From Trichosphaerium sp. ATCC 40318 (taxonomy: Eukaryota; Protista; Tubulinea), in contig JALMLS010000370.1 in NCBI GenBank assembly GCA_038496445.1, positions 62,001 to 126,000 of the forward strand: a DNA stretch of 64,000 bases. The letters run 5' to 3'. Every line of letters begins with the position of its first letter. Within the stretch, counting starts at the first letter, position 1. Positions 52,464 to 64,000 of this stretch are shown in pieces. The notes beneath the pieces are model-generated. The model did not search any database and had not been told where the DNA came from. It worked only from the letters and a program-made list of their open reading frames with translations. Position numbers and translations under genes: made by a program.

Positions 52464-55400
52464 ATGGAACAAGCTATTAGAGCGGTTGAGGGGTGTTTGC
52501 AACACGCGAACAATCCAAGTGCGTTTTGTGGCCCGTTAATCGCTACCCACTGATATCTGGTGGCTTCTTCCTCTAAGTACTTTGTTAGATCCAGCTTATG
52601 CCCAAAAAGCTATGGAACAACTCGACAGTATGCAAAACGAGAATTATGTACGTGATCAGCCAGATCAGCAAAAGGTGGTCTCTGGGAAGTAAGCGATATC
52701 TGTGTACCGCCATAATGAAATTTCACGCGTACACGAGCCCAACCCAGCCAGTTTTTCAGAATCTGTTCCTGACGTATGAAGTGACACTTTTATGTAGCCC
52801 ATGTTTCTTGGTGCCTTGACCAGCATCTTTGCAAACGGTAACAAACCACCTGCAGCTCGCTTTGTTGCTGCATTAACTTTGAAAAATACTCTTACATCTA
52901 AGGTACGCGTATAATACCCGTATATGTAGTCGAGAGAAAGAAATAATCATTCTCGCGGGCTTTTTTCCGATCCAGAAAATACGTGCTTACCCGCTTAGAA
53001 TCCTGCTCGTAAGGACGAAATCAAGCGTAGATGGTTCTCTGTTAATGAAAACGATAGAAATCAAGTCAAGGGAGCTGTACGTAGTAGCTGAGAATTCCGA
53101 GAGTTTCTGTTTTGCTTTTAGTGTCTGCCCCCGTACAGTTTCCATAGGGTTAATGACCATTAGGTTCTCAATCTATTCAGAAACCCAGATCCTACAGTTA
53201 GCAAAGCTGCACCACAGGTACGTTCTTAGTGGCGCTACCAGTCCTACCGTTTATTTGCTCCATTTCGTGCTAGCAATTGATTTTTTTGATTTAAATACGC
53301 CGCCAATTGTAACTCTATCTTTTGTGTAGTGTGTTGCAGCCATAGCGTTATTGGAATTGCCAGAGCGCCAATGGGTAGGATTGATTGATCAAGTACTATT
53401 GCCTTACATGACTGATCAAACTGCTCCTCTACCAATCAAAGTGGCTACACTTAAAACGCTCCAGTACATCACGGAAGAAATTGTACGTTTTGTTTGAGCG
53501 ATTAGTATATAATATACGCCTCTTGTTCTAACGCTTTTACGTCAGAACCCTGCCGTACTCGTTGACAGCGCCAACTCCATCCTTACTGCTGTCATTCAAG
53601 GTATACGTAACAACAACAACGATGTAAAAATGGCTGGTATGCAAGCACTGTACGGTGCTCTCGAGTTTTCAAAGTACGTTCTGGTTGCTTTTGCTTTTTT
53701 TTTTTTTTTTGTCCTACAGTTCACGTGGAGATGTACTCGGATCTTTCTTATGTGTTGACGCTATTCATTTTGTTGATTTTATTCTTCGCAGAGGCAATTT
53801 TGAAAAGGACGGCGAGCGCAAATTCATCATGGACCTTATTGTTGAGTGCTGTGGTCACCCACTTGAAGATATAAGATGCAAAGCCTACGAGCTCCTTGTG
53901 AAGATTGCGAGTTTGTACTATCAATTTCTACCTATGCACATGCACCAAATATTCGAAGTGCGTATTCCGAGTTTCAGCTCCCATTTGTACGTATGTGCGC
54001 CCTTACGGTTAACCTAGCGTTCTCTCCAATCCATGCAAAAGGATGAAGAATCTGTTGGTTTGCAAGCTATTGAGTTCTGGTCCACTTTATGTGATGAAGA
54101 ACTTCTCATTCTTGATGAGGTAGAAGATTGCCTTTTATTACAAGTACGTGCAACCCTTTTGTTTTTTTTTCTTTTCTTTGATTCTGTGCATGTCTACAAT
54201 AGTTTGTACTGTACAGTGGCGTTTAATTGACACGATTTTACTAGATTACTCCACCTCGCAAATGCCATTACTTTGTATCCGGTGCACTTGAATTCATTAT
54301 TCCTGTGTTAGCTGAATGTTTGACACGCCAAGATGAAGAACCTGATTTGGAGAATTGGAATGTAGCTATGGCCGCTGGTACTTGCCTAGGCCTCATCGCT
54401 GCTGTTGTACGTTTTATTTTTATTTGTTTGATGTGTCGTGTGTTTTAACCCCTTCAACAACATTCGTGATACATTGTATGCTCATGACTCCTAATTCTCA
54501 TTTTCTATTGTTTTTAGGTTGAGGATAAAATTGTGGAACAGGTTATGCCGTTTGTAAAGACTCACTTTGAAAGCCAGAACTGGAAATATCGTGAAGCGTC
54601 ATTGCTCGCTTTTGGATCTATTTTGGAAGGACCAAATAAGGCTATCAAGAATCTTGTCGCTGAAGCCGTACCACATTTGTTGACCAGACACTTGCAAGAT
54701 CAACACCCATACGTCAAGGACACTGCTTCTTGGGCGATTGGTCGTATCACATCTTTGCATCCAGATGCTATTCCAAATGTCCGTGAAATGCTTCAAAAAG
54801 TCGGACTATCTCTACAAGACACACCTCGCGTTGCTGGTAACTGTTGCTGGGCAATCTCTAATCTAGCCAGTAACTGCAAGCGTGGAGAAGGCAATCCTGT
54901 CACAGAGTACTTTTCTCACCTAGTTGAAGCTTTGCTAAACGTAACAGCGAGGTAAATTAATGGCTAATTCATTTTTCTTCTTCTCCTGCAGCTCACTAAC
55001 TCGTCTTGCTAAGAACTGATGGTGCCAACACAACGCTCATTCCATCCGCCTACGAAGCATTGAATGTGCTCGTACAAACAGCCCCTGACAAACTTCTTCC
55101 TGACGTCGAAAAACTTCTTGGCATTATTCTCGCCAAAATTGATGCGTCAGTACGCCAACAACAACAGGTACAGCGCTGTTCTCTATAATACAGCCATAAT
55201 GGGTTGCAATGCGGTTTGTGTGCTGACAGTGCGTGTGTAGCGACCAAATGAAGATCGCGAAAGAAGAGGTGTATACCACGGCTTGCTTTGCAGTGTATTA
55301 CACACCATCACAACTAGACTACGTACGTCCACAGTTTTATTATTGTTTCAGGCATTCGTATCTAATGTAGATTCATCCTTTAGAGCACAATGTTCGCAAA

Positions 55401-56581
55401 CACGCTGATAGTATAATGCACAGTATTCTTGGTGTTGTAGCACCAGGTCAAAGCTCTTTACAAGAAGAGGCGCTAATGGCCATGGGTGCCATCGCTGGAG
55501 GTACGAACAGTCGCATACAGTCTACTAGTTTATTCACTCGTTTGTGTTATTATAGTCGTTGGCCAAGACTTTACAAAATACATGCAGCGGGTGGAACCAA
55601 TCCTAAGCGCTGGTCTTAAAAATTATGAATTCCCACAGGTAATCGCTTTTTTTATTTCTATTTTTATCTTTGTATTTATTGTTGACACCTTGCAATTAGG
55701 TGTGCTCTTGCGCTATTGGTACAGTGGGCGACATTGCTCGTGCACTTGAAAAGAACATAATTCCTTACAGCGACAATTTTGTAAAATTACTACTGGGCGA
55801 TCTTCAGGTGCGGCTTCAAAACACTTCATTACCAATTCAAAAAAAAAAAAACACGAGAGCCTTACCTTCTTATAGGCTCCTATGTTGAATCGAACTGTTA
55901 AACCGCCAATTCTTTCTTGTTTTGGTGATATAGCCATGGCTGTTGGCGGTGGTTTTGAGCGCTACTTGCAAGTAGTTGTAAATATGCTGCAGCAAGCGTC
56001 TACAACGGCCACTGCACAAAAGCTAGATGAAACAGAAGATTATGATCTGGTAGATTACATAAATCAATTGCGAGAGGGCATACTTGATGCCTACACTGGT
56101 ATATTACAAGGCTTGCGGGAGGCTAATAAGGGTACGATTGCCTTATTTTACTCTGTCTTCATTTTGTTTTTTTGGGCTAACTTTATGCTTTAAGCTCAAC
56201 AATTACTCCCTGTTGTTGAACATATATTAAATTTGATTGGTTTCACATACAGTGATCGAACCACATCACCTGAGGTGGTTCGTGCACTTGTTGGTTTGCT
56301 AGGGTATGTGGGGATTCTTTTGATATCTGTTTTGCTTCTCCTCTTTTCTCTTTTCTTTAACAGCATTACTAATCGTGGTATGTAGTGATTTGGCTATGGC
56401 CATAGGTAGTCCTGCCAAACAACTCCTCCAACAAAAATTCGTACTTGATATCTTAGTGGAGTGTACACGTAATCCAGAGCCCTCAATTTCCCAAATTGCT
56501 GATTGGGCAAAAACAGTACGTCACCTCGTATTCTAAGCAATGTTTGTTGATTTTTTTTACTAGAAAATTGGCTCTCTCTGA
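52464..56581 (+). CDS. KPNB1: Importin subunit beta-1 (karyopherin beta)
   Basis: [120 protein letters not shown]. Confidence 0.95.
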
Positions 56582-57279
56582 GTGTGTAATAAAATTAAGT
56601 TCATCAAACTTTTTCTATGTTTGCTGCTGTGCAATGTCAAATACAATTTTTATAGGTTGCAAACACATAGTTGTAGTTTTTGTGTAAATGGTTTTTTGGT
56701 TTTACAATGTTGAAAGGTCTTCATAGTTTTTTGTTGAAAGTTCACAAATGCTCAACTGGTATCTTTTAAAGCTAGGCCAGACAAACACCAACTTTTTATC
56801 CTTACAGCAATGCATAGTTGTTTATTAGTACTCATTAAGTAATCCAAGTATTTTGCATTGTTGGGCTAACCAATTGTTTTTGCCATCAAATTGCCTTGTA
56901 ATTTTAAACTTCAAAGCCTAATATTTGGGCCAAATAGTAAGCAAATGGTGCATATACACACTCAATGCCTAGTTAGTGCCTGTAAATTTTAGACTGGCAA
57001 TGCATAAAAAAACTAGGCAGACATTACTTAAAACCCCCAATACATTGCAACAATTACAGCAATGTCCAACAAAGTTTTATTTCAATGCCTGATTTTTGCT
57101 TTTGTTGCCATTGTCTTTGCAAAATCAGGCATTAAGTAGTGGAATTGGACAACACATGAATGCATGTTTTGGACACATTTTGGAATGCATATTTGCCACA
57201 CATATCACATGTTTTGGGCATGCATGAAACACCACTTATAGAGGGGGAAAACAATAACAATTTACGATACATAACACAT

Positions 57280-57587
57280 CAGTGGTGGAATCGGGCAAAA
57301 TACACATGCCTAAAACGTGCCATTTGCATGGAAAATAAACGTGTCCAAAACGTGCCATTTGTTTGTTGTATATTTGCAATAAACGTGCCCAAAATGTGCC
57401 CAAAATGTGCCATTTATGTGTTGTATTTGCAATAAATGTGCTCAAAACATGCCATTTGCGTGTTTTAACCAATTCCTATCCTTAATAGAAATTTGGTCAA
57501 AAATTCAAAATAAAAAAAATGACAAACTCAAAACTCAACCATCTCACCCCAAAGCTGATTGCCTCTGATTGTTAACAATAAAACATG
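57280..57587 (+). repeat. Transposon-end repeat copy 1 (copy 2 at 59714-59965)
   Basis: Both start CAGTGG(T/C)GGAATCGG, contain internal AAAACGTGCCATTTG repeats, and end ...aaagctgat(t/c)gcctctgat(t/c)gt(t/c)aacaataaaacat. Confidence 0.85.
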
Positions 57588-57756
57588 TATTTTCACCCAA
57601 GTAAGCAGTAGTTAGGTTTGTATTGGCATGGCGTTAAAAGTAGGTGGAAAAATCTAAAAATACCCAAAAACCAACAATTTCTTGATTTTCCTATTTTTTG
57701 TGAATAACTCAGGTCTACTAGTACAAATCCTTTAAAAAACAAAGTATGGCCCACTA

Positions 57757-58675
57757 TTAGGTACGATGCATGGTTTCGTGGTGGTTTGGGGATCAAAAAC
57801 AATAGAAAATAGATATTTAGGGTAGTTTAAGGATATTATGGCTCAATAACTCCATTAAACCCCTTTTTAAAGACAATTATTGAATTTGAGATTTTTTGCC
57901 TAATTAAGTAAGTTCTTGCTTAAGTATTTACAATAAGGCAGGATTGGTGTAAAAAGCAGGCAAAAACCAGATAGATATTATTGTACAAAATTGTTCAGTA
58001 CTGGAATCGGGATTTTGACCCGTACTAAACCTGTACTTTTGACCTGTACTTAACTCGTACGGGTTCCGTATTGTTGACCCATACTCTACCCGTACAGGTT
58101 ACGTACGGGATCCGTACGGATAGAGTACAATTAAATAATATGAAAAATTGTAATTATTGGATACAGAACATACTCCTCTTTTTTCCATACAATGTATGTG
58201 TACACATATATCACATGTGTGCCAAAACCACAACCATCAGTATACACTTGCAATCAAAAAAAAAATTTGGCCATCAAATTTTGTTTGGATTTGGCAATCA
58301 AAAAATCCAAAAAAAAATTACAGCAATTAAATGGCAGCTTGTAATCGTAAGGTATAAAAACATGTATTATTAATAGATGAGGGTGTTTTAAGGTTATTAG
58401 GGCATTTACTTAAAAACTAGAGGAGAAAACTTAATAAAGTGCAAAATGTAGCTTTTTGCTGAATTTTGTTGTTTTATTGCATAACTTTGGTCTGACTGTA
58501 CGAACTGCTCAGAAAATGTAGCATTAGGTATATTTAGGTATGATGCATGGTTTCATGGTGGTTTGGGGATCAACTCACCATTTTTAGGCAAAAACGACAG
58601 AAAATATGTATTTGGAGTAGTTTAAGGATATTATGGCCTAATAGCTCTATTAAACCACTTTTTAAAGGCGATTAT
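57757..58675 (+). repeat. Direct repeat pair of about 120-140 bp (57757-57880 and 58534-58675)
   Basis: ttaggta(c/t)gatgcatggtttc(g/a)tggtggtttggggatcaa...gtagtttaaggatattatgg...attaaacc...tttttaaag. Confidence 0.8.
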
Positions 58676-58797
58676 GGGTTTCAAGCATTTTTCTGAAATA
58701 GTTGTTAAGTTGTGGATATTAAGTTGGGTTTTAGGACAATTAAGGCATGATGTCTAAAATATCTCCTCAAACAGGTCAAAAACATGGTCGTTTAGTG

Positions 58798-58860
58798 GTA
58801 ATGGGGTTGTAATGTAATGTAATGTATTGTAATGTGTTGTAATGTAAATGTACCTGTAAT
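58798..58860 (+). repeat. Degenerate (TGTAA)n simple repeat
   Basis: gtaatgtaatgtaatgtattgtaatgtgttgtaatgtaaatg. Confidence 0.7.
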
Positions 58861-59322
58861 AGTTAAGAAAACAATAAACCAATCCATCGTTTTTACTATT
58901 TTGTGTACACAATTATAACTGCCAACACATATTTTGACCCATACCTAACCCATACGGGTTCCATACTTTTGAAAAACATTGTTGGACCTCAGAATACAAC
59001 ATATTTATTATCACATGTTTTTTCCAAAAATAAATTTAAAAGTATTTTGGTAATTCATTGACATATCTGTGATGTCAAACATGGCATAAAAGGAAGCTAC
59101 ACCAGATTCTTCATGGTGTTCACAATTATACACATGTATAAAAGTCTATCCAACAATAAGCAACATTAGCAGACATGTTAGCCTCTGTTACACATGTTGA
59201 GGTGCACTTCAAACCACTTGCCCTGAGTTTGGTTAAACCTCTATATTTTACCTACCCCTTTATTAACATGTTACCAAAGGTGCATAAAATTAATGGCTAT
59301 GCATAATATGTTGGCATTTTAA

Positions 59323-60987
59323 GTTACAAGCTTTGTTTTATTTCATGTTGTTAGTCTTAAAATAATTGTAGATTCTGCCAATCATTGTTATTAACTAAAA
59401 ACTTTTGCTTTATAAGTGTAGTTTTATGTGGAAACATGCCTTTTGCATGAAAAATAAACATGTCCAAAATGTGCAATGCTGTCCAATTCCACCACTGTAC
59501 TGTATCAATAAACTCTCCTTCATTGTCAGTATGAACAATTTGTGAGTATCCAAAACGTGCTGAAATACTTTGAACACAAGTAACTCTCTTTTCCAGTCTT
59601 TGAGCACAATGGTTTTGTCCAAATACAATTTGTATGGTGTGCCACAAAGTTCAGTGCATACTTGAATCCATTTGCTCACCTTTATACATGAAGCATATAA
59701 GAAACAAATGCCTCAGTGGCGGAATCGGACAATACGTGTGCCTAAAACGTGCCATTTGCGTGGAAAATAAACGTGCCCAAAACGTGCCATTTGTGTGTTG
59801 TATATTTGCAATAAATGTGCCCAAAACGTGCCATTTGCGTGTTTTAACCATGACCTGTCTTTAATAGAAATTTGGAGAAAAATTCAAAATAAAAAAATTG
59901 ACAAACTCAAAACTCAACCATCTCACCCCAAAGCTGATCGCCTCTGATCGTCAACAATAAAACATGGCATCAAATGGCAAAATCAAGGCATTTGCATTTG
60001 GCATTGCTCAATAAAGTAAGGCATTTTTACAAAAAGGCAATGCCTTCATCAAAAAGACATTAAAATGAGGCATTTTTGGACATTTTTTGGCATTGCATAA
60101 AATCAAGTAATGTCCTGTATTGCAATACTTTATGTTTTTATTATGTCTTAGTTTTTTTAAGCATTATACAGAGTTGGCATTACCTATCAAATGCTGGCAT
60201 TTGGTTGAAATCAGGCATAATGAAGCATAAAATAGGCATTTCATGGAACACAAGTACCAATTGCTTATGAAATGCCTGCATTTTTTTGGCCTGGCATTAA
60301 TCAAGCATTTAAAACATGCCACCTTGGCATATGCAGGCAATGCCAAAATTTTAGTTCAATGAAGGGATGTTACAAGCTTTGTTTCATTTCATGTAGTTAG
60401 CCTAAAATAATTGTAGATTCTGCCAATCATTGTTATCAACTAAAAATTTTTTCTTTATAAGTGTAGTTTTATGTGAAAACATGTCTTTTGCATGAAAAAT
60501 AAACATCAAAATGTGCAATGCTGTCCAATTCCACCACTGTACTGTATCAATAAACTCTCCTTCATTATCAGTATAAACAATTTGTGAGTATCCAAAACGT
60601 GTTGAAATACTCTTTGAACACAAGTAACTCTCCTTTCCAGTCTTTGAGCACAATGGTTTTGTCCAAGTACAATTTGTATGGTGTGCCACAAAGTTCAGTG
60701 CATACTTGAATTCATTTGCTCACCTTTATACATGAAGCATATAAGAAACAAATGTCTTAAAAAATGATGCATATTTTTAACATTGGCATCAAATGGCAAA
60801 ATCAAGGCATTTGCATTTGGCATTGCTCAATAAAGTAAGGCATTTTTACAAAAAGGCAATGCCTTCATCAAAAAGGCATTAAAATGAGGCATTTTTGGAC
60901 ATTTTTTGGCATTGCATAAAATCAAGTAATGTCCTGTATTGCAAGTACTTTATGCTTTATTATGCCTTATTTTTTTTAAGCATTATA
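59323..60987 (+). repeat. Tandem segmental duplication (59323-60168 and 60369-60987); copy 1 carries an extra about 250-bp element
   Basis: Near-identical text from gttacaagctttgttt to ttttttaagcattata in both copies. Confidence 0.85.
59498..59680 (-). pseudogene. DDE (rve) integrase core fragment, Ginger2/KRBA2-like; second copy at about 60540-60720
   Basis: NGFKYALNFVAHHTNCIWTKPLCSKTGKE...SISARFGYSQIVHTDNEGEF; frameshifted, truncated by a CAGTGG element just after the TDN motif. Confidence 0.7.
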
Positions 60988-61669
60988 TGCCTTGTATTTT
61001 AATCCATATATAAGGTATTGCCTCTACTATATCATAGAGACTGATCACTTTAAGGTGTGTTTTAAGGTAAGTAACAGTCAAACAACTTTTACTCTTTTTT
61101 TTCCACATCACCTACTGATGTTTTATATAGACAGGCACCTAGCACTTTTAGTAATTGATGAAATTAGACGAAACCGCCGCCAATCGAACTGCAGCACCCT
61201 AATTCACTTACAACAGTAGTAAGAGTGAACTCCGCAATATTTCCAGGACCACAGAATTCTAACAATGTCAAGTGCCCTACTTTACAAACTATCAGACTTT
61301 AATGCCTCATGAATAGATTGAAAAGTTGGTTTACCACCATCTCTTGAACCTTCACCTCTACCAACACTATCTTCCAAAAACTCTACATCAACACTATCAA
61401 TTTCCCTTCACCTATGTTCATTTACATATAAATCTAACAGAAAAAGAAATAACTGTGGCTTAGACTATGAAAACTCAAACTGTGACAACTCTGATGAATG
61501 GAATTTAGATCCTTATTTTGAATTGTATTCCATGTATTAAAATGCACATGTGGTTATTGTCATCCATAGCACAATAAACTTTCTTTAAAAAACCCATGAA
61601 TGTGGCAACTGTTAAAAAATAACATTTAAAAATATAGCAAATGCAAATGAAAATAATTAAATAAAGCTG

Positions 61670-63060
61670 TCATTTATTAAAACTTATTTTGTATGTAGTA
61701 GGACAAGTTTTTGCCATAATCAACCCAATTAAACTAATATGCTTAATACTGTAATTTACAACTTGGTATACCTGTTTTGTTTTATTTGTTGATTATTTGT
61801 TTTTTTACTCCACAATTGTACTCCAAAACTAATTGGTTTAATGATAATTATAATATCCTCACTTACGTTGATTGTTGTAATAAATTAAAATCATCAACAG
61901 TGGATGTTTTAAATAATGGTTTCCAATTTCTCCTAAACCAAAAATAAAATAACTTTATCAACAATGAACATACCAATTATAAGGATAAAATGTGTTTGGT
62001 TGTACTATGCAAAATTAATGACAATTCAAAGATAATGTATACAAATAGTAATATTCCAATTAAATCCATCAATAACTCTAGATAGCAAATTTGGTCCAAT
62101 CCATCCCCTAGTATTTTTACATTAAATGCCATTTTTTATGTTATTGTACCATTTTTTGTTAATGTTACCAACTGGTACCACTGCTGAGGCCATGGCATCA
62201 TAAAAAGCATGTATAAAAGTGTTATTGGGCTCAAAATTCACTAAAACTCCATTGGTGGTATGAGCTTTTTTTTTATTGCTTTGTTTAACAACCACCTACA
62301 ACAAATAACCAAATAATAGTTAAATATGAAAGTACTTTATTTAGCGAGTGTATTGGTTTGAGCAATATTTCATCCCAATCCAAATAAGTTCCACCATATT
62401 TAAGTAACAAAGCAATTCTCCAAAGATCAGACTGAAAGGCTAAATGCAATTGCACACTTTGCCAAGTATTACTGTTAGTAGTAAAGTGATTTAACCATTT
62501 CTTGTTTAAAGACAACAAGGAATGTTTATCCAATATTTGTTCATTGACATTTGGTAGTAATCTAAGTCGTGGGTCTTGATGTAAATTCAGTGCACCATCA
62601 TTTTTGTTTCTAGTTTGTGATAAATAACATAAACTAATGCACCTCACCTCCAGCATGTGACTTTATGTTGTGGGTGGAAGCGGGCAGCAGCTTCAATTGC
62701 ACACGCTGTTCTTGTTGATAATTGTTTGACACCTTAATACATTTAACACTTCACACACGTGAAATTCATACCCAAACAAACAAAATGAATTTGACGGGAG
62801 TAATGCTCTTTCTCAGTAATAGACTATCACCGTTAGCTTTAAAAATGAAGCGTACGAACAATGGGTGTAAGGTATGAAGCGTTTTCCACACGCACGTAAG
62901 TATGCGGTCTATAATCCAAATCACGAGCGTTTAGGATAGGCTGAATTGTAAAGAACACAATTACAGTACTCAACACAAGCAATCCAACAATGTTTCGCGT
63001 AGTTCCCTTTTACCAGTTAGACAGACCACCAAAATATCCTCACACCTTGCTGCAACGCAT
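61670..63060 (-). CDS. GT32 alpha-1,4-glycosyltransferase (A4GALT/A4GNT-like), type II membrane protein
   Basis: MRCSK|GTTRNIVGLLVLSTVIVFFTI (TM), RTACAIEAAARFHP, SDLWRIALLLKYGGTYLDWD (DxD), NGVLVNF, GWIGPNLLSRV, FYPYNW, QLWSK, CPTTY; all exons join in frame. Confidence 0.88.
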
Positions 63061-63190
63061 AGAACAACAGGCGCCAGTTCAAATAAACACGTGTTTTGAC
63101 TGAGACGGTCACAATAGCAACTTAAGCGCTAAATAGCTAAATATTTTTTTACAAATTTATACAAAAGCTTCTATCACAGATTTGATGAAC

Positions 63191-64000
63191 CTACGGTATT
63201 GTGTAGGTTGTAAAAAACTCAATCTCTGTGTTTCGTCGGCCTATTGTCGCTGGTCTGTTTCCTAAGGAAACTCCTGGCGTATTAGTGCGCTTTAAACGCC
63301 TTGGGCTACTCTGAAATTCTCCAATTTCATTTTTGTGAGAGCTGGGGGACAAGATTTGCGGTGGTTTAAGGCCAGAAATCGTTTCATCACCAAACATCCT
63401 GAAAGTGCTTTGACGGCCTAGCACTGTCTCAGTTGCCTTTGGCACAATGCCCAGTCCTAACGAGAAAAGTTGTTGCTTTGTCTCTGGCTCCTAGAAAAGG
63501 AGTTGGCACAAGTTGATTGGCAGAGATAACGTGCCGTTTCACCATTTTCTTGCAGCTCGATATCGCTGTCACTACTTGTGTACCCTCCTATGGGTATCTC
63601 AACCTCCTTTGTTGGGTTAACTTGAATGGATGACGTCGATACACTCAAAATCCAAAAAAGAATCATGTACCAACATAATTTCGTCTTCAGAGCTGCTGCT
63701 GTAACTATCCTGCACGTCCCCGGTTACTTCAAAGTTCTAAATTCGGATAGTGAGCTTTCGGATTTTGATGGCAAACTGGATAACGAGCAAAATAGCTATG
63801 CACCATTTCTTCGTCGGAAACATCGCTTGATGAATCATCAGCGGCGTGGTAACAGCTGCGCAATAACGATTGGCCAAAATGTAACTTTTTGTGCGTTGAT
63901 TGTTCTGTAACTGATTGTAAGTAACCTCACATTGTTGTTGCATGCACGAACCTCCGCCGTTACCGATTATGAGAACTTTTCTGTTAAATCTCACGCCCAC
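63191..64000 (-). CDS. 3' part of a hypothetical low-complexity Ser/Glu-rich protein (5' end outside window)
   Basis: Minus-strand open segments SSSSEDE, TSSDSDIE, SSPRRLKR separated by GT-AG-like spacers; no family recognised. Confidence 0.35.

Larger units (their letters stand above)
56600..61000. mobile_element. Island of nested, decayed DNA-transposon/integrase remnants
   Basis: No spliceable host genes; multiple direct and inverted repeats, TIR-like CAGTGGYGGAATYGG motifs (57280+, 59714+, 59497-, 60539-, variants at 57134, 57996), GGCAT/ATGCC-rich and CCCGTAC-rich subterminal arrays, integrase fragments. Confidence 0.75.

Noticed and set aside
57280-57460. AAAACGTGCCATTTG repeats as a CRISPR-like array
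   Set aside because: Spacers are irregular and themselves repetitive, the context is eukaryotic and there are no cas genes; better explained as transposon subterminal repeats
57160-60346. Cys/His/Met-rich ORFs in the repeat island as genes
   Set aside because: Composition follows from TG/CA-rich decayed repeats; only the integrase fragments have recognisable motifs

Overview
Compact, intron-rich nuclear DNA from a unicellular eukaryote. The Frizzled/Smoothened-like GPCR, R2K-type ATP-grasp and GTACGT/GTGCGT donors look amoebozoan-like, but that taxonomy is inference. The genetic code is standard. Introns are mostly about 40-60 nt, so the supplied ORF track is fragmentary and I spliced the genes by hand. 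About 28 protein genes are packed from 1 to 56.6 kb, often head-to-head with 50-300 bp between starts. In order: myotubularin 3' end, Frizzled-like GPCR, divergent TBP-like factor, intronless F-box/MORN gene, RRM/zinc-finger protein, HIS6, degenerate AIF, Trl1-like trifunctional RNA ligase, CDC123/R2K ATP-grasp-PTH2 fusion, BRSK-like kinase, HRC-like Cys-rich ER protein, VPS15, TrpRS, RVE8-like MYB, p23, DHTKD1-like E1, 2-TM protein, SF3B5, N-acylated Rab-like GTPase, probable TOP6BL, coiled-coil proteins, degenerate CobW, TPR-PH-PH-CaaX protein, PNO1, WDR5 and importin-beta. From about 56.6 to 61 kb lies a nested transposon-remnant island with duplicated integrase fragments and TIR-like CAGTGGTGGAAT ends, showing clear CpG>TpG/CpA decay. 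A GT32 glycosyltransferase follows. Best candidate for a new system: an ATP-grasp ligase spliced in frame to a peptidyl-tRNA hydrolase, lying tail-to-tail with a ligase-kinase-CPDase RNA-repair enzyme. Also notable are two mitochondrion-targeted pseudo-enzymes and an apparent excess of GC-AG introns. All assignments come from motif recognition by eye; no searches were run.
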